DNA of 64,000 nucleotides, from positions 61,272 through 125,271 of the forward strand of contig CANKUU010000010.1 of NCBI GenBank assembly GCA_947486785.1, in the 5' to 3' direction. Below the pieces are notes generated by a model that was not told the DNA's origin, did no database searches, and worked only from the letters and a program-made list of their open reading frames with translations. The DNA comes from an uncultured Flavobacteriaceae bacterium. Its GTDB lineage: Bacteria > Bacteroidota > Bacteroidia > Flavobacteriales > Flavobacteriaceae. How positions within the stretch are numbered: position 1 is the stretch's first letter; each line of letters begins with the position of its first letter. The position numbers and the translations under genes are program-made. This document shows positions 9,707 through 20,393 of this stretch, piece by piece.

Positions 9707-12700
9707 TTGAAAACAAAAACATTTATTTACGTATTTACGGTTTTATCTGCACTATCCTGTGTAGATAAAAAAGAGGATATTTCAAAAAAACAAGATCCTA
9801 AGAAGCAGGTTGGTTTAGATAGTAAGACCACTACATCTTTATTTACCCTATTAAACCCAATAAATACCGGAATTAATTTTATTAACAAACTCACAGAAAC
9901 CGCTGATATGAACGGCTTCTTTTATGAGTATTACTACAACGGTGCAGGTGTAAGTATAGCTGATATTAACAACGATGGTTTAAAAGATATTCTATTTATT
10001 TCTAACCTTAGAAAAAATAAACTTTACCTAAACTTAGGAGGCCTAAAGTTTAAAGATATTACTAAAGAATCTGGACTATCTGCATCAACTGGATTTAGAA
10101 CTGGCGTGACTAACGTGGATATCAATCATGACGGCTTAATGGATTTCTATATTTCTAAATCAGGAAAGTACAAGAACCCTGATAAAAGAAGAAACGAACT
10201 ATGGGTAAACCAAGGTATTGACGATTCTGGAATTCCTCTATTTAAAGAGCAAGCAGCTAGCTATAACCTAGATAGCGATATGTACTCTACACAAGCCTCT
10301 TTTTTTGATTACGATAGAGATGGTGATTTAGACATGTTTTTAATAAATCATTACATAACGCCCTTTAAGTATAGCGAGGTTGACCAATTGATAAAACAGA
10401 AAGGAAAACTAACCGGTGACCGATTATTTGAAAACGTTAATGGAAAATTTAAAGACATTACCCAACTGGCAGGCCTTACCAATACTAATAGACTAAGTTA
10501 TGCTTTAGGGGTATCAATAGGCGATGTGAATAATGATGGCTGGCCAGATGTATATGTTGCAAATGATTATGAAGGCAAAGATTACCTATACATTAACAAT
10601 AAGAACGGCACCTTTACAGACATTGCTAACACAGCCATGCAACACACTTCTTTCTATTCTATGGGCACCGATGTTGGCGACTTAAATAATGACGGATGGC
10701 TTGATATTATTACCTTAGATATGATGGCCGAAGATAATTATACTGCAAAGACGAGCATGAGCGCAATGAACACCTCTAAATTCGAAAGTGTGGTAGATAG
10801 AGGTTTGGGCTATCAATACATGTACAATACGTTGCAGATAAATAATGGTACTGTGGCAAAAAATAACTTTCCAGTATTTTCCGATGTGGCTCAACTGGCA
10901 GGAATAGCTACAACAGATTGGAGCTGGGGACCATTAATTTTTGACATGGACAACGACGGATTAAACGATATATTTATTTCTAATGGCATTAAAAAAGACT
11001 TTAGAAATAACGATTTTATATTAAAGCAGCAGCGCAGAAAAGATTCTATTAAAACAACAGATCGGTCTGCATTTATAAAAGAGGTATTACAAGAAATGCC
11101 CGAACGAAAGAAGCAAAACTATTTTTTTAAAAACAACGGCGACCTATCATTCAGTAATATGAATAACAAATGGGTGCAAGATATACCAAGCAGCTCTAAC
11201 GGAACATCTTATGCAGATTTGGATAATGATGGAGACCTAGAAATAATAGTAAACAATGCAGACGATGTATCTTTAATCTATAAAAATAATAGTAGAGAAT
11301 ATGACCTTGGAAATTATGTGAAATTTAAATTTAAAGGATCTTTAAAAAATCCAGCTGGTGTTGGCGCACGTGTGGCTCTAATATTTAGTGATAATATCCA
11401 GGTTAAAGAATTTTTCTATTCAAGAGGATTTCAATCAACTGTAGGCAATGGTCTTCATTTTGGACTCGGTCAAAAAGATACTATTCCTACCATTAAGGTT
11501 ACCTGGCCAGATGGTAAAGAGCAAATACTCAAGAATATGGTTGGCAATCGTGAAATTACTCTTGATTATAAAAATGCGGAACCATCCAACAACAATGAAA
11601 CAAAAGAATCTTTAATAACATTTAAAACCAATGGTGTATTAAATAACTCGATTACATGGAAGCATAAAGAAAATACGTTCGACGACTTTGAACGAGAATT
11701 GCTTCTACCTCATAAAATGTCGAGACTTGGCCCTGCACTAGCTGTTACAGATTATAATGGCGATGGTCTTGATGATGTATTTATAGGTGGGGCAAAAGGA
11801 CAAGCCCCAGTACTTTACCAGCAAACAACTAACGGTTCTTTTAAACCTGTGCAACAAAGTGTTTTTACAAATCAATCTGACTATGAAGATGTAAACGCAT
11901 ATTTTTTTGATATGGATCAAGACGGAGACGAAGACCTCTATATCGTTAGCGGAGGAAATGAATCTTCAGTAAACTCAGAACGTTATGAAGATCGAATTTT
12001 CGAAAACAAATCAGGTACTTTTCAACTAGTAAAAAAAGCACTTCCAAAAATATATGTAAGCGGGTCTATCATTGTACCTTTTGATTATGACGGAGATAAT
12101 GACCTTGATATATTTGTAGGAGGCAGGCAATTTCCTGGCAGGTACCCAAGCCCTGTTAGTAGTTATTTATTACGAAACGATAGTAAGCCGAATGAAATAC
12201 TATTTAAAGAGGTTAGCGCCAAAAATTTTCCTGATCTAAAGAATTTAGGCATGGTAACAGATGCCATTGCCATCGACATAGATCATAATGGCGCCAAAGA
12301 CCTAATAGTAGTGGGTGAATGGATGCCAATACGTTTATTTTTAAATAACAACAATACTTTTAAAGACGCCAGTAGCAGCTTTGGATTTGATAATACCACA
12401 GGATGGTGGAACACTATTGAGGCAGGAGATTTTGATAAGGATGGAGATTTAGACCTTGTAGTAGGTAATTTAGGTCTCAATTACAAATACAAGGCCAGTC
12501 AAGAAAAGTCATTCAATATTTATAGTGATGATTTTGACGATAATGGTTCATTTGATATTGTGCTCGGATATTATCAAGGTAATAACATATATCCTCTAAG
12601 AGGTCGCCAATGTTCATCCGATCAAATGCCTTTTATTAAAAAGAAGTTTCCGAGTTATGACGCTTTTGGAAAAGCATCCTTAGCGCAGGTCTATGGTAAC

Positions 12701-13120
12701 GAAAAATTAGATGGTGCAATAAAATATAAGGCCAAAACATTTGCATCAACATACTTTGAAAATACAGGTAAAAACAATTTCAAAGCAAAGCCTTTGCCAA
12801 ATTGGGCTCAAAAAACTTCAGTAAATGCAATAGTCTTAGAAGATTTCAATAATGATGACCATCTTGATATGTTGCTAGCAGGAAATCTGTACAATTCTGA
12901 AGTAGAAACCCCAAGAAATGATTCAGGATTTGGCACCTTACTATTTGGAGATGGCAAAGGGGCATTTCGCTCCGAAAAATTACTTAAAACCGGATTATAT
13001 ATTAATGGTGAAGTAAAAAACATAGCCAAGTTAAAAATTTCAAATAATCGAAGCGCGCTATTAGTGGCTAAAAATAATGATAGTCTTCAATGTCTAATTT
13101 GGAACAACAATGACAACTAA
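9707..13120 (+). CDS. ASPIC/UnbV (CRTAC1-like) FG-GAP/VCBS repeat lipoprotein, paralog 1
   Basis: TTG start, lipobox LSC, many DxNxDGxxD Ca-binding repeats, RGFQS...HFGLG ASPIC/UnbV segment, ETPRNDSG near the C-terminus. Confidence 0.88.
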   Translation: MKTKTFIYVFTVLSALSCVDKKEDISKKQDPKKQVGLDSKTTTSLFTLLNPINTGINFINKLTETADMNGFFYEYYYNGAGVSIADINNDGLKDILFISNLRKNKLYLNLGGLKFKDITKESGLSASTGFRTGVTNVDINHDGLMDFYISKSGKYKNPDKRRNELWVNQGIDDSGIPLFKEQAASYNLDSDMYSTQASFFDYDRDGDLDMFLINHYITPFKYSEVDQLIKQKGKLTGDRLFENVNGKFKDITQLAGLTNTNRLSYALGVSIGDVNNDGWPDVYVANDYEGKDYLYINNKNGTFTDIANTAMQHTSFYSMGTDVGDLNNDGWLDIITLDMMAEDNYTAKTSMSAMNTSKFESVVDRGLGYQYMYNTLQINNGTVAKNNFPVFSDVAQLAGIATTDWSWGPLIFDMDNDGLNDIFISNGIKKDFRNNDFILKQQRRKDSIKTTDRSAFIKEVLQEMPERKKQNYFFKNNGDLSFSNMNNKWVQDIPSSSNGTSYADLDNDGDLEIIVNNADDVSLIYKNNSREYDLGNYVKFKFKGSLKNPAGVGARVALIFSDNIQVKEFFYSRGFQSTVGNGLHFGLGQKDTIPTIKVTWPDGKEQILKNMVGNREITLDYKNAEPSNNNETKESLITFKTNGVLNNSITWKHKENTFDDFERELLLPHKMSRLGPALAVTDYNGDGLDDVFIGGAKGQAPVLYQQTTNGSFKPVQQSVFTNQSDYEDVNAYFFDMDQDGDEDLYIVSGGNESSVNSERYEDRIFENKSGTFQLVKKALPKIYVSGSIIVPFDYDGDNDLDIFVGGRQFPGRYPSPVSSYLLRNDSKPNEILFKEVSAKNFPDLKNLGMVTDAIAIDIDHNGAKDLIVVGEWMPIRLFLNNNNTFKDASSSFGFDNTTGWWNTIEAGDFDKDGDLDLVVGNLGLNYKYKASQEKSFNIYSDDFDDNGSFDIVLGYYQGNNIYPLRGRQCSSDQMPFIKKKFPSYDAFGKASLAQVYGNEKLDGAIKYKAKTFASTYFENTGKNNFKAKPLPNWAQKTSVNAIVLEDFNNDDHLDMLLAGNLYNSEVETPRNDSGFGTLLFGDGKGAFRSEKLLKTGLYINGEVKNIAKLKISNNRSALLVAKNNDSLQCLIWNNNDN

Positions 13121-16100
13121 GATTCTACATATAATTGGTATTTGCTCTCTTTTAATGGTTTTAAGTGCTTGTAACAAAGCTAAAAACCAAAAACTTTTTG
13201 TTCCTATTTCCGAAAAAGATAGTGGCATTTCGTTTTCAAACAACCTAATAGAGAGTGATACACTAAATTATTTCTTATACAAAAATCTATATAATGGGGG
13301 TGGTGTAGCAATTGGTGATATAAACAATGATGGTCTTCAAGATATTTATTTTACGGGTAATATGGTACCCAACAAGCTATACCTAAATAAGGGAAATCTA
13401 CATTTTGAAGATATCTCCGAACTAGCAGGTGTATCAGGTGATTCTAGATGGATGACTGGTGCAACTATGGCAGACGTGAACCAAGATGGATTTTTAGATA
13501 TTTATGTATCCGTTGCGGGGGTTTGGAATACACCAAAAAACATACTTTACCTGAACGATGGAAACAAAAATGGAGTTCCAACTTTTACCGAGTCTGCAGA
13601 AAGTTTAGGTGTTGCCGACCTTGGAAATAGTACTCAAGCCACATTTTTTGATTACGACCTTGATGGAGATTTAGACTTATATGTGGCCAATTATCCTGTG
13701 GTAGATATAAAAACTGGCGTTATGAATTATCGTTTTTATATGGATCACGTACATAATGGAGTGAGTGATCATTTATACAAAAATGAAAATGGATTATTTA
13801 TTGATGTTACTGAACAAGCAGGTGTGCTAAGCTATGGACTATCTTTAGGTGCCTCTGTAGCCGACTTCAATGATGATGGCTGGCCAGATCTATATGTTTC
13901 AAACGATTTTGCTACACCAGATTATTTTTATCTAAACAATGGTGACGGTACGTTTTCTGAACATTCAAAAGAAACCACTTCGCACACGTCTTTCTTTGGT
14001 ATGGGCATCGATGCAGCCGATATAAATAATGATGGATTAATGGATTTTTTACAGCTTGACATGACTCCTGAAGACAATTTTAGGTCTAAAGCTAATATGG
14101 GTAGTATGGACATACCTGCTTTTTGGGCTATGGTAAATAATGGAATGCACTATCAATACATGAAAAATTCACTTCAACTGAATAATGGCAATAATTCGCT
14201 TGGACAACCACAATTCTCCGAAATATCTAAACTAAGTAACCTTGCCCTAACAGATTGGAGTTGGGCACCGCTTATTGCAGATTTTGATAACGATGGATGG
14301 AAAGATATATTCATTTCAAATGGGTCTCGTAGAGAGTTAAACAATAAAGATTTTTTTAAAGAAATGAATAAAGATAAGGAACAGAATAAACACCTCTTAT
14401 CTTGGGTAAAAAAAATGCCCGAAGAAAAAATACCTAATTACGCTTTTAAAAATAAAGGAGGTATTGATTTTGAAAATATCGCACCCCAATGGGGGCTTGA
14501 TTTTAAAGGATGGACAACGGGTGCTTCTTATGCAGATTTAGACAATGATGGAGACTTAGATATTGTGATCAACAATGTAGATCAAACAAGCATGGTTTAC
14601 GAAAATCATTCAACAGATCGCAAAAATTCAAACTCAATTAGTATCGTATTAAACGGCTCAGACCAAAATAAATTTGGAATAGGAAGTAAAGTAAGCCTTT
14701 ACAATGATGGTAAGCAGCAATATCAAGAACTAAATTTAAGCAGAGGTTTTCAATCTTCTGTAGCTCCAACGATTCACTTCGGCTTAGGAAAAAACAAAAT
14801 TATAGATTCTCTAAGAATCCAATGGCAAGACGGCTCTAGTGAATTATTAAAATCTATTGAAGCGAATAAAAAACTTACCATTAGCCATAAAAATGCTAGT
14901 AAAACCAATAATCAAACAAATACGCATCAAAAAAAAGACCTATACTTTAAAGACATAACCGACACTATTGGTCTTAGCCATAGACATGAAGAAAACTATT
15001 TTGATGATTTTGAACATCAAATTTTATTACCTCACAAAATGTCTCAATTTGGTCCAGCATTGGCAGTAGGTGATATAAATGCAGATGGTTTAGATGATTT
15101 CTACGTAGGGGGTGCAAAAGGGTTTAAGGGAGAAATTTTTATGCAAAAAGCCAACGGAACATTTAAGAACGTAACCCAACCTATTTTTGAGGAACACAAA
15201 ACTCATGAAGATGTAGACGCAATTTTCTTTGATGCTGATGGTGATAACGACCTAGACCTCTACATCGTTAGCGGTGGTAACGAATGGAAAGAAGGAGACC
15301 CTTTCTACCGCGATCGGCTTTATGAAAATAATGGAAAAGGACTATTTACAGAGGCTGAAAATGCTCTTCCATTAATGCATGAGAGTGGATCAGTTGTTAA
15401 ACATGCAGATATTGACGGTGATGGAGACCAAGACCTATTTGTAGGCAGCCGTTTACTTCCTCGCAAATACCCCTTGTCTGGCAAATCTTATATACTTAGA
15501 AACGATAGTAGAAAAGGGCAGATAAAATTTACAGATATTACCATGCAAACAGCACCAAAACTATCCTCGGCAGGTATGGTAACAGATGCTATTTGGGCGG
15601 ATATTGATACTGATGCCGATTTAGATTTAATACTCACCGGAGAGTGGATGCCAATTACAATTTTCATTAATACTGACCAACACTTTAGCGATGAAACAGA
15701 ATCATATAATCTTCAACATCAAACAGGATGGTGGAACTGCATAGATGCACAAGACTATGATGGCGATGGCGATTTAGATCTTGTAGCGGGAAATTTGGGT
15801 GAGAACTACAAATACACCGCATCTAAAAATGAACCTTTCAGTATTTATGTAAATGATTATGATAAAAATGGGGCGATGGACATCGTACTTTCATATATTC
15901 AAAACGGAGAAGAATATCCACTTCGCGGCAAGCAATGTTCCTCTCAACAAATACCCGTAATTTCTATAAAGTTTAAAGATTATAACTCCTTTGCAAAAGC
16001 AAGCCTAGCCGATGTGTACTCAAAACAGTCTCTGTTAGAATCGAAACAATTTAAGGCTACCAATTTCGCTACAAGTTATTTCGAAAATAAAAATGGAACT

Positions 16101-16439
16101 TTTAAAATAAGACCCCTAGAGAAAATGGCACAAATTAGCTCGGTAAATTCTATTCATTCAGAAGATATCAATGGAGATGGAATATTAGATCTAATTTTAG
16201 CGGGAAATCTTTATGGTTCGGAAATAGAAACACCCAGAAATGATGCCTCTTATGGACTAAGCTTACTAGGCGATGGAAAAGGTTTCTTTGTAACACAACC
16301 AGCTATAGAAAGCGGTTTACTGATAACAGGTGAAGTACGCCAAATTAAGCCAATAAAGGTATCTAATAGAAAAAAATCACTGCTAATAGGTAAAAATAAT
16401 AGTACGCTAACCATCTTAGACATAGATTCTAAACTTTAA
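13110..16439 (+). CDS. ASPIC/UnbV (CRTAC1-like) FG-GAP/VCBS repeat lipoprotein, paralog 2
   Basis: Lipobox LSAC; same repeat architecture and shared blocks with paralog 1 (LLPHKMS, YPLRGxQCSS, ETPRND); 11-bp overlap with paralog 1. Confidence 0.88.
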   Translation: MTTKILHIIGICSLLMVLSACNKAKNQKLFVPISEKDSGISFSNNLIESDTLNYFLYKNLYNGGGVAIGDINNDGLQDIYFTGNMVPNKLYLNKGNLHFEDISELAGVSGDSRWMTGATMADVNQDGFLDIYVSVAGVWNTPKNILYLNDGNKNGVPTFTESAESLGVADLGNSTQATFFDYDLDGDLDLYVANYPVVDIKTGVMNYRFYMDHVHNGVSDHLYKNENGLFIDVTEQAGVLSYGLSLGASVADFNDDGWPDLYVSNDFATPDYFYLNNGDGTFSEHSKETTSHTSFFGMGIDAADINNDGLMDFLQLDMTPEDNFRSKANMGSMDIPAFWAMVNNGMHYQYMKNSLQLNNGNNSLGQPQFSEISKLSNLALTDWSWAPLIADFDNDGWKDIFISNGSRRELNNKDFFKEMNKDKEQNKHLLSWVKKMPEEKIPNYAFKNKGGIDFENIAPQWGLDFKGWTTGASYADLDNDGDLDIVINNVDQTSMVYENHSTDRKNSNSISIVLNGSDQNKFGIGSKVSLYNDGKQQYQELNLSRGFQSSVAPTIHFGLGKNKIIDSLRIQWQDGSSELLKSIEANKKLTISHKNASKTNNQTNTHQKKDLYFKDITDTIGLSHRHEENYFDDFEHQILLPHKMSQFGPALAVGDINADGLDDFYVGGAKGFKGEIFMQKANGTFKNVTQPIFEEHKTHEDVDAIFFDADGDNDLDLYIVSGGNEWKEGDPFYRDRLYENNGKGLFTEAENALPLMHESGSVVKHADIDGDGDQDLFVGSRLLPRKYPLSGKSYILRNDSRKGQIKFTDITMQTAPKLSSAGMVTDAIWADIDTDADLDLILTGEWMPITIFINTDQHFSDETESYNLQHQTGWWNCIDAQDYDGDGDLDLVAGNLGENYKYTASKNEPFSIYVNDYDKNGAMDIVLSYIQNGEEYPLRGKQCSSQQIPVISIKFKDYNSFAKASLADVYSKQSLLESKQFKATNFATSYFENKNGTFKIRPLEKMAQISSVNSIHSEDINGDGILDLILAGNLYGSEIETPRNDASYGLSLLGDGKGFFVTQPAIESGLLITGEVRQIKPIKVSNRKKSLLIGKNNSTLTILDIDSKL

Positions 16440-16533
16440 TAACCGCTAATAATTATAGGCCTATTTTAAGTCATTCCTAAAAAATGAGCCTTAAAAAAAA
16501 CAATAATCTCAAAAAGAAAAAGCGAATAGATTT

Positions 16534-18990
16534 ATGAAGCAAAAAGTTAAAACAATACAAAACAAGAACCTCATACTATTGGTTATATCATTGTTGTTTT
16601 TTAGCTCGTTGAAAGCCCAAGATAATGACATAAAACTTTGGTATGAAACGCCGGCAGATTTACCCATGTTTGGCATTAAGGATACAGTTAAAGATTCTGG
16701 TGATATTATTGCCGGGGTAATGTCTATGCCAGATCTATGGCGTGACAACCCCAATTGGTTATCGGCGCTACCTCTTGGAAACGGTTCATTGGGAGTTATG
16801 GTTTTTGGTGGAGTTAAACGTGAGAGAATACAGCTGAATGAAGAAAGTATGTGGTCAGGAAGCCCACAAGATAGTGACAACCCTGAAGCCTATAAACACC
16901 AAGCTAAAATAAGAGAATTACTTTTTGAAGGAAAATACAAAGAGGCAACAGCACTTACTCATAAAACACAAATTGCAAAAGGACTAGGTTCGGGTAGAGG
17001 AAATGGAGCAACTGTACCTTTTGGATGTTTTCAAACCATGGGAGACTTATGGCTCGATTTTGAAAATAAGGCAGATTTTACCAACTATAGAAGAGAACTA
17101 GACCTCGAAGATGCTGTTGTAAGAATAACGTATACCCAAAATAATATCAATTATAAACGAGAATTTTTTATTAGTACACCCGATCAAGTACTTGTAGGTC
17201 GTTTTACGGCTGACAAGCCAGGAAGTATCTCTTTTAGTGCTACTATGAGCCGACAAGAGCGTTTTACAACAAATACTCAAGATAATGAACTTGTTATGTT
17301 TGGTAGCTTGAGTGATGGCAAAGGGGGCAACGGACTAGAATATATGACCAGATTAAAAACCTTAACTAAAAATGGAAAAATAACATACGGAAACCAAAAT
17401 ATCACCATAAAAAATGCAGATGAAGTAACCTTAATTCTTTCGGGCTCTACTGATTACAAACTAGAATATCCGCATTACAAAGGGCGTGATTATAAAAAAA
17501 TCACTAAAAATAATATTGAAAAAGCAGCTGTTACCCCATGGAAAACCCTTCTCGATAGACATTTGAAAGAATATCAACCCTATTTTAATAGGGTAACTTT
17601 TGATCTAACACCCAATACAATTATTCCTACACCCACAGATAAACGATTAGCGAACTTTAAAAAAGATAAAAAAGACCTACGATTACAAGAACTTATTTTT
17701 CATTACGGGCGCTATTTATTAATAGCTGCATCAAGACCTGGCACCTTACCTGCCAATCTGCAAGGTATATGGGCAGATAAAATACAAACGCCTTGGAATG
17801 GTGATTATCATACAGATATAAACCTAGAAATGAATTATTGGCTCTCTGGACCTACTAATTTATCTGAAATGCAACTGCCCATGTTCGATCTTATACAATC
17901 ATTGGTCGCTCCTGGAAAAAGAACTGCAAAAATTCAGTATCAAAAAAATGGATGGGTGGTTCACCCAATTACAAACGTATGGGGGTATACTTCCCCAGGT
18001 GAAAATGCCACTTGGGGTATGCATACCGGCGCAGGAGCATGGATTAGCACGCATATTATGGAGCACTACCGATTTACTGGAGACACTAACTTTCTTAAAA
18101 AAATGTATCCTGTGTTAAAAGAGTCTACGTTATTTTATATGGACTGGTTAGTAGAAGATCCGAAGAGCGGCAAATTGGTTTCAGGACCCGCAGTTTCGCC
18201 CGAAAACACCTTTATTGCACCAGATGGAAGCCACAATCAAATAAGTATGGGCCCTGCACATGACCAACAAGTAATATGGCAATTGTTTACCGATTTTATT
18301 TCAGCATCAAAAATTTTAGGTAACCACAATAAATTTTCAAAACAAGTAGCAAAAGCTCGCGAAAAATTAGCTGGCCCTAAAATAGGTTCAGATGGTAGGC
18401 TTATGGAATGGGCTGAAGAATTCCCAGAAGTAGAACCAGGCCACCGACACATGTCTCATTTGTTTGCTCTACATCCTGGAAACCAAATCAACTGGAATGA
18501 AACTCCTAAATTGGCGAAGGCAGCAAAAAAATCTCTAGATGTTAGAATACAAAATGGGGGCGGCTATACCGGGTGGAGTACTGCATGGCTAATTAATCAT
18601 TATGCTCGTTTGCATGAAAGTGAAAAGGCGAAAGAAAGTTTAGATATAATTATTTCTAGAAGTACGTCAACAAATCTTTTTGGTCAACATCCTCCTTTTC
18701 AAATTGATGCAAATTTTGGCACCACAGCCGGAATGGCTGAAATGCTTTTACAAAGCCACTCTGGACTTATTGAACTACTTCCAGCGCTTCCTGTTTCCTG
18801 GGCTAACGGCACCGTTAAAGGCCTAAAAGCAAGAGGTGGTTATACCGTTGATATGTTATGGATGAATGGAAAACTAAAAAAAGCTACTATTCTTGCTAAA
18901 AATAAAGGCAAACACCAAATAAAATATAAAAATACCCTGCGCGAAATATCTTTAGAAGCTGGAGAAATTTATGAATTTACTTTAGAGTAA
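16534..18990 (+). CDS. GH95 alpha-L-fucosidase / alpha-L-galactosidase
   Basis: ALPLGNG, IQLNEESMW, YGRYLLI, PANLQGIW, YHTDINLEMNYW, SPEN, HRHMSHL, FQIDANFG, ELLPALP, GLKARGG; signal peptide. Confidence 0.93.
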   Translation: MKQKVKTIQNKNLILLVISLLFFSSLKAQDNDIKLWYETPADLPMFGIKDTVKDSGDIIAGVMSMPDLWRDNPNWLSALPLGNGSLGVMVFGGVKRERIQLNEESMWSGSPQDSDNPEAYKHQAKIRELLFEGKYKEATALTHKTQIAKGLGSGRGNGATVPFGCFQTMGDLWLDFENKADFTNYRRELDLEDAVVRITYTQNNINYKREFFISTPDQVLVGRFTADKPGSISFSATMSRQERFTTNTQDNELVMFGSLSDGKGGNGLEYMTRLKTLTKNGKITYGNQNITIKNADEVTLILSGSTDYKLEYPHYKGRDYKKITKNNIEKAAVTPWKTLLDRHLKEYQPYFNRVTFDLTPNTIIPTPTDKRLANFKKDKKDLRLQELIFHYGRYLLIAASRPGTLPANLQGIWADKIQTPWNGDYHTDINLEMNYWLSGPTNLSEMQLPMFDLIQSLVAPGKRTAKIQYQKNGWVVHPITNVWGYTSPGENATWGMHTGAGAWISTHIMEHYRFTGDTNFLKKMYPVLKESTLFYMDWLVEDPKSGKLVSGPAVSPENTFIAPDGSHNQISMGPAHDQQVIWQLFTDFISASKILGNHNKFSKQVAKAREKLAGPKIGSDGRLMEWAEEFPEVEPGHRHMSHLFALHPGNQINWNETPKLAKAAKKSLDVRIQNGGGYTGWSTAWLINHYARLHESEKAKESLDIIISRSTSTNLFGQHPPFQIDANFGTTAGMAEMLLQSHSGLIELLPALPVSWANGTVKGLKARGGYTVDMLWMNGKLKKATILAKNKGKHQIKYKNTLREISLEAGEIYEFTLE

Positions 18991-19031
18991 ATAAGATGTA
19001 TTTCTGCTTTTAAATAATTTTATTTGATACG

Positions 19032-20270
19032 TTAGTACTCTTTTAAATCGGCACTCATACCAGGTTCTTGAGGAACTTGATATTTAGAATTTTTTATTCG
19101 TACAGGATATTTAAAATAATCTTTTAAATGTGGAATATGTTCCAAAAGTAATGCTGGATGCCCTAAAGTAATATGATTAAAAAGCACCAAATGTTGGTGA
19201 ATTTGGCCCATATCGCCAACATGAGGAACTACTGGAACATTAAATTTTCTAGACAATAAACTGATAAGGATAAATTCGGATACACCCCCTACTCTAACGG
19301 CATCTACTTGATTGAAAGATACACAGCCCGATTGTAAAAAGTTTTTAAAAATTATTTTATTAGGTACGTGCTCACCTAAAGCTAATTTTACATCTACTTT
19401 TTGTGCTAAGGTTACATGAGCAGCTACATCATCAGGATGTGTGGGTTCTTCAATCCATAATGGATTTAATTTCTTTAGCTCTTCACACATAAAGATGGCC
19501 TCAGGCAAATTCCATTGCTGATTAGCATCGAACATAATCGTTGCGTTGTCACCCGCAATTTTTCGTACTAGCTCTGCCCTTCTTAAATCTACATTTGAAT
19601 CCTTTGAACCTACTTTCAATTTCATTGCCGTAAAACCCTGACCCATAGCAGATTTTATATTTTCAGCTACTTGGCTATCACTATAGTTAAACCAGCCTAT
19701 AGAGGTGTCATACCCAGGATAACCCTCTGCTAATACACGCTTTCGCAGTTCTTCACCAGAGCGTTGTGCTTCTAATAACTTTATAGCTTCTTGTTTGGTT
19801 AATACTTCCTCAAAATAAGAAAAATCTAAGGTATTAATTAAAGCTTCAGGCGAAAGATCAATCAATAGCTTCCAAAGTGGAACACCATGCGCTTTTGCCC
19901 ATAAATCATAACAGGCATTTACTACGGCAGCTAACGCTAAATGTATGACGCCTTTGTGCGGCCCAAGCCAACGAAAATTAGGGTCATCTGCCATTTTTTT
20001 ATAGCATGCTCCAAAATTAGCCATCAGTTCGTTAATCTCCTTGCCTTCAATATGAGTTACTAAATAGTCTATAGCCTGGCAAACGAGTTGATTACCATGT
20101 CCTAAGGTAAAAGCTAATCCAATACCTTCTAACTTTCCATCAGTTTGCAAATGACATACTGAGTATGCATAAATTGGGGTACTATGCACAGCATCTGAAC
20201 CTGCACCACCCTTTAATTCGAAACGCTTATCCGAAGCGAATCCTTTTATTATCTTAACTAATTTAATCAT
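19032..20270 (-). CDS. fucD: L-fuconate dehydratase-like enolase-superfamily enzyme (FucD/ENOSF1 type)
   Basis: GSDAVH, RWLGPHKGVIHLALAAVVNA.YDLWAK, KLKVG, DANQ.W, WIEEPTHPDD, GEH, PHVG match FucD/rTS-beta as I recall them. Confidence 0.82.
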   Translation of the reverse strand: MIKLVKIIKGFASDKRFELKGGAGSDAVHSTPIYAYSVCHLQTDGKLEGIGLAFTLGHGNQLVCQAIDYLVTHIEGKEINELMANFGACYKKMADDPNFRWLGPHKGVIHLALAAVVNACYDLWAKAHGVPLWKLLIDLSPEALINTLDFSYFEEVLTKQEAIKLLEAQRSGEELRKRVLAEGYPGYDTSIGWFNYSDSQVAENIKSAMGQGFTAMKLKVGSKDSNVDLRRAELVRKIAGDNATIMFDANQQWNLPEAIFMCEELKKLNPLWIEEPTHPDDVAAHVTLAQKVDVKLALGEHVPNKIIFKNFLQSGCVSFNQVDAVRVGGVSEFILISLLSRKFNVPVVPHVGDMGQIHQHLVLFNHITLGHPALLLEHIPHLKDYFKYPVRIKNSKYQVPQEPGMSADLKEY

Positions 20271-20393
20271 GATAGTTTTACTTTTTTACCTGAGCTATAT
20301 TTTAAATTATTCAAAAACGCTAAGCGTATTTTTTAGAAAACATAGCTACTTCATATTGTTTTTGAAATAAAAGTGCATCTTTATTTTTTTTCT

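Noticed and set aside
9707-16439. Repetitive GAT/GAC-rich DNA as a possible CRISPR or tandem array
   Set aside because: The repeats are degenerate, in frame and encode DxDxDG loops; there is no identical repeat-spacer structure.
20293-20347. Imperfect hairpin between GH29 and fucD
   Set aside because: The GC core is only 4 bp in an AT-rich background; too weak to call a terminator or operator.
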